Below, in pieces: positions 48,453-59,300 of a stretch of 64,000 nt of DNA. Made by a program: the position numbers and the translations under genes. The stretch's first letter is position 1; every line of letters starts with the position of its first letter. This DNA is from Spizellomyces punctatus DAOM BR117 (taxonomy: Eukaryota): NCBI GenBank assembly GCA_000182565.2, contig KQ257451.1. The stretch is one strand, 5' to 3'. The notes beneath the pieces are model-generated. The model was not told where the DNA came from. It searched no databases and worked only from the letters and a program-made list of their open reading frames with translations.

Positions 48453-50048
48453 CTATCCCCGTTTCCACAATGTAATAACAGACTCCCCACGGATGCGAAC
48501 AAAGAAATTGAGAATCGCCCCGCATACGAACACCACAAATCCCATAATCCTAAATGCCGTGTTCAAGTCATCTACATAGACGGTGAAAACCGCATTGAAA
48601 ATGGCTCCACCAATATTTCCCCCGGCACCAACCAGTCCACTAACCGCGCCCATAATGTGAGGAATCACAAAGGGAACGATACCAAAAGTCGAACCACACC
48701 CGGCTTGCACAAAGTAGGAAAACAGGACAAGGGATACCACGCTGGTGGAAAGACTAGGTGCAAAGCTGAATCCGATAAGGCACGCAGAACTGCAAAGGAA
48801 GCCCAAGCTCTGGACGCGAAGACGACCTTTCATTCCCCATTTGCTTGCTGCCCAGTCCGAAAGAAAACCTCCCGACGCGCGGGAAAACAGGTTCATCATT
48901 CCGAAAATGGAGGCGAGGTAACCGGCAATGGTTTGGTCAAGCTTAAAGTGGTTGATAAAATACTTTGATATGACAGAGTCGACAGCCAGTTCGACACCAA
49001 AGCAGCAGGCATACTGTAAACGAAGAAAAGGTTTTGTCAGCAAACCGCCTTCCACAAATTTGAACAGCAAGTCTTTATCCTCACCTGCATCATCAACAAG
49101 GGAACATTGTGGTTCGTCAAGGCGGTCATCATAATCTTGTATACTGGTATATTGCTAGCTGACGTTGCGAGGCCGGCGTCCTTTGGTTCAACGGGAATGA
49201 TTGCGGTGTCTTCCGCTTGTTTGGGTATATCAGTGCCTTCAGGACCCATGGTGGACTCGCTTGGCTTTGAATCGATGTGCATAGGGAGGGAGCGAGAGTT
49301 GGGCTTGTCATCCCCCAGAAAGTAGCACATGGCCGAGACGAGGAGACAAATGGCGACAGGCACGACAAGCGAAACTAGAATGTCAAGAGAAATCAGCTAC
49401 CAGTCACGTCACGACAAGATCAAGATGTGCGAGCCACAACTCACCTCGCCAAGCATCATGCTTGCTCAAGCCAGCAGAAACGAACCCATTCATCACTTGC
49501 GGCATAAGCAGGTAAGTTGCACCACCTCCCATGTTTCCCCATCCTCCGGCAATGGCGTTCGCGCTGCCGACAACGTTACGAGAGAACATGGCGGTTGTCC
49601 AGTATTGGCAAGCCACAAATGTTGAGCCGAGTAAACCAATAAATAACCGAATGACAATTAGTCCTGTCGCACTGGAAACAAGCCCGACAAGACCAAGAGG
49701 GATACATCCAAGAGCGAGAACAAGGGACATGACACGGCGAGGACCAAGCTTGTCGACAAGCGGGCCGACAAGGATCCGAAAGACAACAGTCGAAGCTACA
49801 TTGGCGATATCAGACATGGCAACCTGCTTCTCAGTCAAGCCCAAATCGGGTCCGATCGTCTTCTTCAACAGCGGGTTGAGGGCAAACCATGCCGTAAATG
49901 CAGCAAAAAATCCGAGCCATGCCAAATGGAACGACCGCATATGCGGGCGCCCCAGTGACAGCAGCTTAATGTTGGTAGCTTTGCCTTCTTCATCGTACGA
50001 GAGACGGGAAGGGAACAGGTTGGGACACGACCGGTTTTTAGGCGCCAT
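48453..50048 (-). CDS. NRT2: High-affinity nitrate/nitrite transporter, NRT2 (NNP family MFS), 3 exons
   Basis: RPHMRSFHLAW, TM2 Arg (VFRILVGPLVD), nitrate signature AGGWGNMGGG, QYACCFGVEL, TM8 Arg (NLFSRASGG), FGIVPFV and second signature GLVGAGGNIG; ATG 50046-50048. Confidence 0.95.
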
Positions 50049-50265
50049 TATAAACGAGATAGTAAAAAATGTGGGGGAGGCTTGAAGCGACAATAATCGT
50101 GGAGAAGGACTTTTGGCTCTTTTCCCTCTAGGGTGGAATGTAGTGGGAGAGACGGGGAGGCAAAATGCTGCAGTCCTTTATAAAAAGTTTGCGAGGATGG
50201 AGACTTGGGGAGACAGGTGTGATGTTTTCCGAGGGAGGCATGTGGAAGGCGGAAATCGGCTCCGC

Positions 50266-50935
50266 TGATAAGAACGAGCTGATGGGTGGGGTAAAAGCAA
50301 CAGATCGGGATGAGAAGAAGAAGAAACAAGAGCCAAAACTTTGTTGTGATTTGATGGAGGGTAGTAGGCCTAGATAAGCACAACATGTCAAACCCGCAGA
50401 TAACATGAATAGGGCGCGCGAAATGATAAAAAGAAACCAGAACCAATACCATAGTAAAGGTGCCCGCAGCCTTTTATCTTTTTGGGCTATAACCCCCGCG
50501 TTGGAAGCACCAGAAATACTCGAGTCTCCCTTCGACTGTGCCAAGATAAGACAGGTACAGAGTCAAGCCAAAGGGTGGTAGGTAATATCAAAACGTATAT
50601 TTATATTGGGAGATAACAAGGGTGACAGTCAACCGGGACACGCACGACTGCCAACGAACAAAAGGGAAAGATATATCTTCAGCTCCGACAACGAGCACAG
50701 ATAAACGATTATATCACGTGGACATTATGTGCACAGTCATGCAATGATGATGTCAGCAGGTTGTTATCGTTGAAACAAACGTGCTGCGAGATTGTTATCA
50801 GCAGCGATTGAGGTTTGGAAAGAGGGCGGGGCGCCTTTTTGGACTCTTGAGATTTCAAGGCATGTGGCAGATGAGATCAACGGGAAACACCCGGACAGTG
50901 TGCTGAGTCGGCGGCCTGCTGCAAGATCTCTATCA
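50266..50935. promoter_or_regulatory. GATA-site (HGATAR) cluster upstream of NRT2; putative AreA/NIT2-type nitrogen control region
   Basis: 11 HGATAR hexamers counted by eye (near 50267, 50373, 50399, 50425, 50474, 50545, 50612, 50699, 50764, 50795, 50930). A TATAAA lies on the minus strand at 50177-50182. Confidence 0.7.
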
Positions 50936-52625
50936 GGGCGCATTGCCCCGAGATTAACCTAATCATGCACAATAAGATATAAAGTTTGGGAACACTTTTT
51001 TTCTAACATTTGCTGTACTGTACATGTGACGAAGCAACGGACAATGCGAGATTTGGGTGACATGGTCCACACAGCCTCATTTTCATGATGGAGATTCATA
51101 AAAGACTTACAACTCGTATCGAATATTTGATCCGACAAGCATCAACAGCGGGTTTGAACTGGTGTATTGTGGTTGCAATCATTCAGCTATTCCAGTAAGC
51201 CATTTCATCAAACCTGGTTGACGCACGCACTGCAATGTTCCTGCAAGGACTCACTATCTCCCATTCGGGAGCCTCAAGTCTTATAGGGAGACATTGAAAC
51301 ATTCTCTCAACTGTCAGCGCAGCCACGTGGCCTCAGATATCAGGAAAAAAAGCAAAGTTGAAAACTCTGAGCGTTGGAGAAATAAAGAGGCGCTGGCTGT
51401 GCTTTGCAATGGAAGACTAATCAAACCCGTTGTAATGTTTTCACTACAATCGTAGACACGCCCCAATATACGAAAGAGATAAATCTTATGCGGGGAACGC
51501 CCTCTTCAACGCATTAAAAAATGGATCATGCGAAAGTTTTGGACAAAATGGACAAGTCGCAGCAATGGTTGTGTGCTCGTGTTATTTACCTGGTCCCTCA
51601 GCGTACCAAGTGCACAGAATGATCAATATTGACCACGGTAATACTGTGGGACACGGGGGACTGATTTGGTAGAGGTGTCTTATGGGACACATATCTCGGG
51701 GCAATCAATATACGACACCATTTGCTACAGATCTGGAATTCGCGCTATAGATACATGTTATATACTTGGCGGAGTTATCGCTCCCTTACGCTGCCACGTT
51801 CTATCTCCCCATAATCGCCAGTTATTTTTAACAACCAACCAAAATTCCCGCTCACGATCGCGCTACAAGTTCTAGACATTGACGCAATCCTCACGTAGCG
51901 CGACCCATTTTTCGAACCTCGTGTGCCAAGGTAAAAAAGACACCGCCGCCGCGACTCGTGCCCTGGGCACTAGCTGTGGAAACGTGCGAGGAATGGATGA
52001 TTTGTAACAAGCATTTGTTTGCTACCTTTGAAGGGATCAGGGTGGGAATTTCTACTCGGAGAAAATCAAAATGACAGATACTTGTTTTGAGCTGGCCACT
52101 ATTGCTAACAGTTTGATTGACAAAGTTTGTTGAGAAAGACGATGCGACAGTTAACATACTGTGCTGGGAATGTGCAGGGAATGTCCAATGTGTGAAAAGT
52201 CGCTTACGAGATAAAACTCCGACAGCCTGTGGTAAGAATGGTTCCAATCTCCCTGCGCGTCGGACATTAATTTTTTTTTGTTTTTGATGAATGACTCATG
52301 GTCGTCGGGAAAGTTGAATGGGTGTGATTTTTGACCTTGTTTACGGGCGTTTTTGCAAAACGACACACTACGAACCTGACGCACGTTTGCGAATCTTTGG
52401 ACGTCGAAATACCCTTGTTGCGAGATTGACCCTATATCTGCTCGTTCAGTAGCATTGAGGTCACAGTGCGACACATCCCATGATTTGTTAAAACGATCTA
52501 CGATTAGATATCATTGCGTTCGTTTTTCCCGTCGCTATTTTCGTACATTCCTCCCCGCTCGAACATAAAGGAGTGGTGCATTTGCGTCTCCGCCAAGAAT
52601 ACTCCCCTCCTCTTGGTCCGTCAAG

Positions 52626-55516
52626 ATGACGATGGATAAGCAGACTACCAGAATTGTTATCATCACGACGGCGGTTGCTATTACTGTGGGTGTGCTGATT
52701 TGGACAACGAGACGGAGATCTAAAAGAGATGGAGAGGTAGGTACTTGACAGGCGCATGAGATTGTGGGCACTTCTGGGACTAATTCATGATGTTGTAAAG
52801 GATTCTGGTAATCTGGATAAGCAAGATTCCTCGCTTCAACAACTTAATGAGCGAGAAGATGCTGGTCCGATCCAAACTTTTGAGGTTACCCAGATTACAG
52901 AGATTAAAAAGGAGACAGAATCACTGGTTGCCAATCGTGAAACTTTACAAATTCTCGAGGTGCGAGAACAGGAAGATGTCACACATGTTCAAAGATCCGT
53001 TGTCACCGAGATTACCAAGGAGGCAGACCAGCCAATTGCCAACGATGAGACTTCACACCCACTCCAAGAGGAGGACCAGTTAGATTCTGCCTCCATCCAA
53101 GCTTGCGATGTTACTCAGGTTACAGAGATTGTAAAGGACGCAGAGTTCTTAGTCACCACTCGTGAGACTCTAGAAATTCTCGAGGTGCGAGAACAGGAAG
53201 ATGTCACACACCAAACCTCCGTGGTTAAGGAGATTACTAAGGAGGCAGGCCTACCAATTGCCAACGATGAGATTTCACACCCACTCGAAGAGGAAGACCA
53301 GGCAGATACTGTCTCCGTCCAAGCTGTCGAGGTTACTCAGATTACAGAGATTGCAAAGGACGCAGAATCATTAGTCACCACACGTGAGGCTCTCGAGATG
53401 CGAGAACAGGAAGATGTCACACATCAAACCTCCGTGGTTCACGAGATTACTAAGGGGGCAGACCAACCAAATACCAACGATGAGATTTCACACCCACTCG
53501 AAGAGGAAGACCACGCAGATACTGTCTCCATCCAAGCTGTCGAGGTTACCCAGATTACAGAGATTGCTAAGGAGGCAGACCAACGAAATACCAACGATGA
53601 GATTTCACACCCACTCGAAGAGGAAGACCAGGCAGATACTGTCTCCGTCCAAGCTGTCGAGGTTACTCAGATTACAGAGGTTGCAAAGGAGGCAGAATTA
53701 TTAGTTACCAATTGCGAGACCCTGCAAGTCCTCGAGGTGCGAGAGCAGGAAGATGTCGCACATGTTCAGACATCCGTGGTCACCGAGATTACCAAGGAGG
53801 CAGAACAACCAATTACCAACGATGAGAATGCAAAGGAGGCAGAAACATTAGTTACCGATCGCGAGACTCTGCAAGTCCTCGAGGAGCAGGAAGATGCCGC
53901 ACATGTTCAGACATCCGAGGTCACCAAGATTACCAAGGAGGCAGACCAACTAATTGCCAACGATGAGAATGCAAAGGAGGCAGAAATATTAGTTACCAAT
54001 CGCGAGAGTCTGCAAGTCCTCGAGGAGCAGCAAGATGCCGCACATGTTCAGACATCCGAGGTCGCCGAGATTACCAAGGAGGCAGACCAATCAATTTCCA
54101 ACGATGAGATTTCACACACACTCGAAAAGCAGGACCAGGCAGATTCTGTCTCCATCCAAGGTTTCGAGGTTAATCAGATGACAGAGATTGCAAAGGCGGT
54201 AGAATTATCAGTTACCAATCGCGAGACTCTGCAAGTCCTCGAGGTGCCAGAGCAGGAAGACGTCACACATCTTCAAACATCCGCGGTCAGCGAGATTACC
54301 AACGAGGCAGACCAACCAATTGCCAACGATGACATTTCACACCCACTCGAAGAGGACGGCCAGTCAGATGCTGTGCCGATGAGAATTGATGCACCGGCCT
54401 TCATACCCACAAGCCCCGAGCGGCGACCAGCATCTCCTTTGAGAATTGATGCACCGGCTTTCATTCCTACCAGCCCCGAGCGCCGGCCAAAATCCCCACT
54501 CAGGGCTGAGGCACCCGTTTTCATTCCTACGAGCCCCGAGCGGCGGCCAGCCTCTCCGTTGAGACTTGATGCGCCAGCCTTTGTCCCCACCAGCCCCGAG
54601 CGCCGGCCAACCTCCCCACTCAGAGCTGAGGCACCCGTTTTCATTCCTACGAGCCCCGAGCGGCGGCCAGCCTCTCCGTTGAGACTTGATGCGCCAGCCT
54701 TTGTCCCCACCAGCCCCGAGCGCCGGCCAACCTCCCCACTCAGAGCTGAGGCACCCGTTTTCATTCCTACGAGCGCCGAGCAGCGGCCAGCCTCTCCTTT
54801 GAAACTTGATGCGCCAGCCTTTGTCCCCACCAGCCCCCAGTGCAGACCAACCTCCCCGCTGAGGGTTGATGCACCCGCGTTCGTCCCGACTAGCCCCGAG
54901 TGTAGACCAATTTCCCCGTTGAGGGCCGAGGCGCCAGCGTTCATTCCTACGAGCCCTGAGCGGCGACCGATGTCGCCGCTAAAGGCCGACGTCCCCTCCT
55001 CTGTACCTACTAGCCCTGATCGTAAATCCAGTTCTCCTCTGAACGTCATGGCTGCTGAATTCCGTCCCGAATCTCCCCCCTATGCCATCCTCCCCATCCC
55101 AACCCTCAACGTCTTTGCCGAGGAATTCGTTCCATCAGGTGCCCCTATTCCGTTCCTGACTCCAATCCCAGCCACCGGTGCACCTAATCGGCGCCGAAAA
55201 TCATCGCAGAGCCGACCTGCGCAATTGAATCAAAAGGCGCCCACGTTGGCAGACTTTGTCCCAGTGAGGACTGCAGCACCCAAGCGGGGCCCGAAGGAGG
55301 ACGTCCCCAAGAAATGTCTTTTTGGGGAGAATTGTGCCAATAAGACCAAGTGCGGATATCACCATCCTACGGAACTCTGCAAGTGAGTATATCTTTTGCC
55401 TGCCATGAGCTTGGATCTTGGCTCCGATTTCTAATCAAAATTTTTCATTTGTCAGGTTCTACCCGAACTGCAAGTTCGGAGCCGCCTGCCGAAACATCCA
55501 CCCCAAAGCTCACTGA
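52626..55516 (+). CDS. Membrane-anchored protein with acidic repeat stalk, tandem PAM2-like array and two Nab2-type CCCH zinc fingers
   Basis: Exon 1 52626-52736 (TM + RRRSKR); intron 52737-52800 (GTAGGT, CTAAT branch, AAG; phase 0); exon 2 52801-55382; intron 55383-55455; exon 3 55456-55516 completes CKFYPNCKFGAACRNIH. Confidence 0.85.
52850..54370 (+). repeat. Coding, modular Glu/Thr-rich tandem repeats (acidic stalk)
   Basis: Recurrent modules EVTQITEIAKEA, LQVLEVREQEDVTHVQTSVVTEITKEADQPIANDE and EISHPLEEEDQADTVSVQAV, with near-identical DNA copies. Confidence 0.9.
54379..55134 (+). repeat. 60-bp coding tandem repeat encoding PAM2-like motifs (SPLRxDAPxFxPTSPERRPx)
   Basis: Exact 60-nt periodicity from about 54375 to 55070, partly as a 120-nt dimer. 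There are 13 motifs, 12 of which keep L/M-x3-A-x2-F-x-P; the last two are LNVMAAEFRP and LNVFAEEFVP. Confidence 0.92.
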
Positions 55517-56344
55517 ACGGTCCCCACAATCAACTCGGAGACGGAATATATATATTTTTTGGATACAAGATAAGAGGGCTGAAGAAATGGAAATCAACGG
55601 AATAGGAATCAAATGGCAAAAGAAAAAAAGAAAAAAAAATACACACGCACACCAACACAGACATACGCAAGCAGATCAATTTATTTTTTTCAAATAAGAA
55701 TGCATATCACAATTCTATGCTTTGTACATGTTTATGCCCGATGTGTAACCGTGGCGCCCGACTACAAGAGCATGAATTTCGACGCAAGTCGCCGATCGGA
55801 TTGCGATCCCATCGGAGGAGTCCTACTCAGTTGTATGCTTGGATGAGGAAACGCTATGGTGAACACGTGTATACTTTTAGCTATGGCGGCAAACTATTAA
55901 AATGTCACTTTGAGTCAGAAATCGTCTGTGGTTTGGATTAGGAATATATGTTATCCTTTGGATGGATCGGGTCCATATATCCAAGTTAACTGTGCTGCAG
56001 GACATGCTCGGGCAGTTTGCTTTTGTTTCGTTTGTTTCTCGGCTTTACACTGCCTCTGTTGGGCTTTTGCATTACTGATTTATGTACACGCAATAAGATC
56101 ATGTTTTCCAGTCCCATCGTCCAGGTCTTCTTTCATTGTATTAATGGTGTAGGCTTTTTGGGTTTCGGAATCCGGCTCTTTCAGATTTTTGAATGCTTTT
56201 TCACGCTCAATAGAATTTACACCGAAATTCAAGTCGTTTTGTTTATTGCTGTGTAAACTGGATATCGAATAAACAACAAGCACACTCCTTCTCTGAGACC
56301 ACAGAAATCAAGGAGCACAGAAAAGCGGGCGTGCGGTATTCGTT

Positions 56345-56910
56345 ATGGCGCTTTCAGAGGGATTGAGAAACTTGAAAGTCGCAGTCGTCGACGACAACGA
56401 AATGTAAGTTTTTGCAGGTGCGGATTTGCGTTGCTAGTCACCTCCGGCTTAAATCCTAGTCGACTCTTTTAGAAACCACAAGATTATGTGCAAAATACTA
56501 TACAAGTTCTTGGGACTGAACGAGTCTCAAGTCGACCTGTTTCTCAACGGGCAAATGTGCTTGCATGCCCTTGCAAGAGCGCGCTATGATTTGATTCTCC
56601 TGGATATTGGTGAGTATTCTTTCTAAATATTTCTTTCTAGTACAAACTCTTATATTCTATTTGCGTTTCAGAAATGCCAGTCCTAGACGGCTGCCAAACA
56701 GCCATCCAAATCCGACATCCCAGACCCGCGATACTCGATGTAAACCGGTCTATTCCCATCATCGCCGTCACCACCAATGCAAAGGAACACCAACGGCAGC
56801 ATTACCTGTCCTTGGGAATGGATGCTGTTGTAGGCAAACCAATTGTGGAGCCATTACAATTTATTGGGTTGCTGAAATGTGTTTTGGCTGGGCAGAAGGG
56901 AGGCGAATAG
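56345..56910 (+). CDS. Single-domain response regulator (CheY-like receiver), 3 exons
   Basis: Spliced product MALSEGLRNLKVAVVDDNE|INHKIM..YDLILLDI|EMPVLDG..IIAVTTNA..VGKP; introns about 56404-56472 and 56610-56671; in-frame stop at 56294 upstream of the ATG. Confidence 0.85.
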
Positions 56911-57340
56911 TGGTGCGAATAAGCGAGGGTGCTGTTACAATTATTGATTTTATCTTATTCATGATTGTCTTCTTGTACTTAAATTACTTGTACTTCGGGG
57001 TTAGCTTCCATGTACACATTGCTTGGTTTCATTTGTATATACTGTTGCAAAAGTAAGGCTCTTGTCATAGAGGTAACTAGCTTAGCGACCGCAGTATATT
57101 TCTTCAAAAAGAGTCAAAAAAAGCAAATACAAACAGAACGGCATGTCTATGGTATATCAATGCGAAGACTTTACACTTTGCAAGCTGTTGATGCTCACGC
57201 TGCAAATGCATGTGCAAACTTGTGTTGCAATGCATTCATTCGTCATGCTCTGGTGTCTTGGCACAGCAAGGGACGAAAATAAACAAATACCACGGATCAC
57301 GGCCCACGTCAATTCATCTCATCATTGTTCATGCTAGATT

Positions 57341-59300
57341 TCACACGCCCAAGGATTCCCACTGTGCATTCCCATAAATATCAACACCCTGCATAGCACC
57401 CGGCACCTGCTGTTGCGGATAGTAATTCGGCTGTGGTTGCTGAACGAGTTGATTCTGATGCGACACTTGCTGTGGAATGTGCCCATTGCCCAGTATCTCT
57501 GCGAAAGGATCGGAACTGACGGCTCCAAAGGTCGCATCCTGTAAACACGCAGTATCAAGTCCGCTGTTTGCGGACATCATTCCGTCTGTCCAGTCCCAGT
57601 TTTGAACTTCACCGACCGATGGAGGTGGTACGTCTAATGGATTGACGTGCTGCTGCATTGTCACTGCGCCGGGAATGCATGTTGAGGGCGGTATCCACAG
57701 TTCAGTTGTGGCCGGGAGGTTGTACGAGTTGTCGAATGGTGCAGCGTAGGTCTGAAGTGTGCTGGTCATGATAGGAGTCTGAGTATGGAGGAGTGTAGAG
57801 GGCGCTGCTCCATGGAGGTTCATCCCTCCTCCTCCACAAGCTGCTGCTACTCCTGGTATACTTCCACCAGCAGCGGGCACATTCTCGTTATCCAGATTTT
57901 GGAAAAATTCATCAGAAGACATCCAATTCCCGTCATACCCATTCACATCCAGACCAGCCGACACTCCATCAGAGTAACCCTGCCACGTCGGATCGATCAC
58001 CGGTTGGTTTTGCCCAACATTCGTGTTAGTCGAATTCTCAAAATCCCAACCGGGGGGAAAGGGTATGACGGGCGGGGCGGATGGATTGTACGCATATGCC
58101 GGTACAGTCGATTGATTCTCCAATTCAAACGATGAGAAAAACGCGTCAAGGTCGTCCATGTCGACGTCTGGGGCTTCGGCTGCGATAGGCGTTGACGTTG
58201 ATACGGACGCGTAGTTTGCATCCTCGGCTTCAGGGTAGGTCGTGTGCGTTGCTGAGTCTGTGATAAGGTAGAGGTCGCTGACGTTTGGTATTTGCGGAAC
58301 GAGGGTCGTTGAGGAATGATGAGTTGGTGTACTTGTTGGTGTGGTTGGGTAGTTTGTGTCGAAGGCTTTCGCAATGAGCGGCAACGGTGAGGAGTGGAGG
58401 GGGATGGACGATTTGGATTGAGATGCTGGTGCTGTGGAAATGGTGAGGTCCTCCGGAAGGGAGTCGTTTGGTTGATCGTGGAGTCCTTGGCTTGTGCTTA
58501 TTTTATCTTTCGCTTCTTCGTCTTTGTTGTCCTCATCCTTGGCCGTCTGCTTTTTCCTCCCCCGTCGCCCTCGTCGCCCCTTTGACTCCTTCCCATCTGT
58601 AGCAGGTTTACCGGTAACCACCTATAGCCCGCCATTCCAATTCGTATATTAGCACTTCTGCAACCAAAATTGGATCTAAACGGACTTACCTCAGCACTCT
58701 TCGCCATGGGCGGCACAACATCGTTCGCATCTGAATCCACGTCTTCACCCGGGGCCGGCGTGACTGGTATAGGTTTCATTGCCTCTGATTGTCGTCTTTT
58801 ACGGGGCGATCGTCGTTGCTGACCCAATGTTGGATCTTGGTTGGTGTCAGCCGTTATTAGTATGCTTTTGCGCTTTCCACGCTAGAACGATAGTGGTGAG
58901 CCGCGGTGTGGATCTGACTAAGCGATTGATTGATATGAACTTACACCAACTCGCGGCGATGTCGGGTCAGTGGCAGCTGTTTCACGCAAAAGTCAAAACC
59001 GCTGTTTTGGAAACTGGGGAAAGTTTATATGATAACGTACCATTGCTCATCACTTCATCATCTTTGCCCATTCCGACAACACTTTTTTTCCTTGGACTCA
59101 TCACGGTCGAAACTATAAAGTTCTCGCTTGCGGGGATGGAGGTTTGCGATGGCCCAATTTGCACGATAACAGGAAAATCAATCACAACGTCAAGAGCTTG
59201 GGTCGTTCGTTGGGAAACACCTTGAGTCCCTCTCGGTTTTATATTCCAACCCCGCGGAAAAGACTATCCACGATGCGATCGATATCACAGCGGAGTTCCA
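57341..59300 (-). CDS. Hypothetical protein, low-complexity/disordered C-terminus with basic NLS-like patches; 5' exons uncertain
   Basis: 426-aa terminal ORF rich in acidic/Pro/Gln residues, GRRGRRGRKK; upstream exon QQRRSPRKRRQS..MAKSAE|GTAAG at about 58690-58850; further candidate exons to about 59300 or beyond. No recognisable domain. Confidence 0.55.

Noticed and set aside
51000-52600. Possible small gene between NRT2 and the PAM2 protein
   Set aside because: Some splice-like signals, but no coherent ORF or recognisable motif could be assembled.
54273-55049. 258-aa antisense ORF over the PAM2 array
   Set aside because: Shadow of the repeat: a stop-free unit repeated in tandem stays open on the opposite strand.
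54379-55070. Regular 60-bp repeats as a CRISPR array
   Set aside because: No unique spacers; the variation is codon-structured inside an ORF, the context is eukaryotic and there are no cas genes.
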